Positions 61,745-64,000 of a DNA stretch of 64,000 nucleotides are shown here, in pieces. How positions within the stretch are numbered: the stretch's first letter is position 1; each line of letters begins with the position of its first letter. The translations under genes and the position numbers were made by a program. Under the pieces are notes generated by a model, which saw only the letters and a list, made by a program, of their open reading frames with translations, was not told the origin of the DNA and did no database searches. Source of the DNA: Yuukianura sp. NJ FZ-2021. Lineage: Eukaryota. The stretch lies in contig CM102287.1 of NCBI GenBank assembly GCA_046563655.1, positions 3,720,001-3,784,000 on the forward strand, read 5' to 3'.

Positions 61745-64000
61745 GCCAAAAACTTAACATAAGCTATCACAAACGCTAACTCTACGTCTACATTAGTCTT
61801 ACTGTCTTGTTATTACACAACCAAAGTAAACTACAAATTCAGCATGTGTTAAAAAAAATGAAAAACTTTTGAGTTTTTTTTAGGTTTGGAAATATCAAGG
61901 TCAACTCAAAGTATCTAACTAATCGTCTGACTTTTAGAAATTCCGATTTAAAAATTATCTGTTTGAGCGTAAAGTTTAACTTTTCGAAATTTTGAATTTT
62001 ACATTGAAAATTTCTTGTTTTGATTCCTTAAATAAGGGCTGCTTGAGAAGTGATTAAGGGGTGGGTACTTTTGTGAGTCCTTCCAGAAAATTGGTAGGTT
62101 CAGAACTGGCTTGTTTGTGTTTCTGGAGTGAAGCCGACAGCATTTTAAAAATTTCAAAACCGCCCATTTCTGAGTCACAACAAGAACATTTTAGTGCAGC
62201 ACCCTTAAGTCCCCCTGCTTTTTCAATATTCCGGCTGCTTTTGAATTTTGAAAAGTCAAGTCCTGATTACAGTGATCCCTGTGACACTGACACAAGGAAG
62301 TTGTGACTTAAGGGCCCCTTTCATGTTTTCAAACATTTCAAAAACGGCGTTTTCACAAAATCTTTGTCATCTTACCATTTTTCAAAAAAAATCTAAGGGC
62401 CCCCGTCTCCCAAGAGTTGCATCATTAGAAATACATTCCGTTTTTCTTAGAAAATGTCCCAAATGTGTCGTTTACACAAGGAGACAGGTGACCCTTAAGC
62501 CTTAAGGGCTCCCTTGGGTGGCAGGAGAGAATACAAAACAAATTTTTTTTTTTCGAAAAAAAAACGAAATTTTTGTTTTAGGATTTTTTCTTGTCTTCTG
62601 AATTTGAATCTCCTGTTGGCGTTGAAAAATTGGACAACTTTGGACGGATTAAGGGACGGGGGCCCTTGAAATAGAAAAAGCTTTCCCCTCCAGTTTTGCG
62701 ATTAGTGCTGCAATAATTGCAGTTGTTTTTTGGTTTTTATTGCAGAAAGTGTCAAGTTCTGGGGAAGAATAAAGTAAGGCAGAGGATTAGTGAGGATTTG
62801 TTAGGCTGTTTGGTTTGACTTTTTTGTGGTTGTTGGGCACCTATTGTGTCCAGAGACCCTTAAAGGGCCCAGGGCACCCTCGACGTGTGTGGTCTTCATA
62901 ATACTTGCCTCATCCTCATCATCATGTTAGGGCTAACATTATGTTTCGGCAGGAGATCAAGTCAGGAAGATACCCGCTGTTCACCCTCCCTCCCCGCAGG
63001 ATCCCTTAAGTCCCCCTGCACCCAGAGCAGCTCCATGGATAACACACCCAGAAAATAAGAAAAATCCATTAGAAATGTCCATTGTAAGGCTCAACAACGC
63101 AACAACACGGACACTGAAATCCAATCTCTCTAAGGGATGCGAGGGAAGGGCCCTTGGTGCATGATAAAGGGCCCCCTTCACTTCAGCCTCCATTTTGAAA
63201 TTTTGAAAGTAAGATTTTTCGGTGCACCAAAACTAAAAATTCGGTTTACTTCTCCCGAATGTTTTCCGTTTTATACTGGAAGTGAATAGGAAATCCAAAA
63301 ACTTCAAGTTTTACAAACTTTTCCAAGGTTTTTGAAAAATGCTTTCAAAGATTTTTTTAAAACAGGCAAATTTTGATTGATATTTTTTTTAAATTTTACA
63401 GACTAAGAGCTAGAGAAAACTTTTGGAGTGAACTAATTTGCCTACTGAAATAATTACGAAATTTTTGAATGGTTTTTATGTTGTGCCTGTTATGACTCTA
63501 TGCTGACACCTCATTGTGCTGTTGATCTCATAAACAAAAAATGTAAAGTGGTCTTCGTGTGTGGTCTTCACAAAAAACACTCACAAAAAACACTGAAAAA
63601 AACACCAAAAAAAACACTTCAAAGTCAAACGAACTTTTATATCCTTTCGTTACTTCTTATGTTTTTAGAAAAAGAAAGTTCTCGCTCACTTCACAATTTC
63701 TGCATGTTCATGATTATTTCCAATTTCGAAAACATCAAACAAATTAAAAAAAAAAACTGCAGTTAACAAATTTTTGGAAATCGTTTTCTTTTGTTTTTTT
63801 TTAAGCAAAGAAACTTTTTTGTTAATCTTCTAAAGTGTTTCAATGCACTTAACTTTTTTCTAAATTTTCTTCCTGAGTCTAAGAAAAAACAGTTTTTTGT
63901 CTGGCGTTTACTTTCAACAGTGACCTTTCAAAATTTCCAAACTAAATTCTACACGAAGCATGGACCCTCATGGCTCAAAGCACCCTGACGTAGTTCCAGA

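Noticed and set aside
62190..64000. CCCTTAAG/GGGCCC-rich region as a defined element
   Set aside because: Probably repeat-derived, but no termini or TSD could be fixed within the window.

Overview
AT-rich eukaryotic genomic DNA, probably from an invertebrate (short GT-AG introns; ACE, serpin and FucT genes). About 1-41 kb is a dense nest of transposons. It begins with the 3' ~8.9 kb of an apparently intact Helentron (Helitron2), which encodes a spliced HUH-Rep/PIF1-helicase/AP-endonuclease protein plus two spliced cargo genes: an RPA70-like OB-fold protein and a Ulp1/SENP-like (CE-clan) cysteine protease. Non-autonomous DINE-1/HINE-like elements with the same termini lie downstream. Also present are a degenerate Gypsy, an internally deleted BEL/Pao element, a decayed LINE split by a solo LTR, and a pol-less LTR element encoding a Gag-type zinc knuckle fused to a duplicated unknown domain. 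A 524-bp TRIM carries a tRNA-like Pol III unit in each LTR, a 271-bp element has 9-bp TSDs but almost no TIR, and there are P-, piggyBac-, Harbinger-, hAT- and pogo-type non-autonomous elements. Host genes from ~36.7 kb on are TENT5/FAM46 (with a large insertion in its catalytic motif), an alpha-1,3-fucosyltransferase, a disrupted ACE/M2 peptidase, SAC3D1-like, two atypical serpins and a GT17 GlcNAc-transferase. All calls come from motif reading by eye; no database searches were run.
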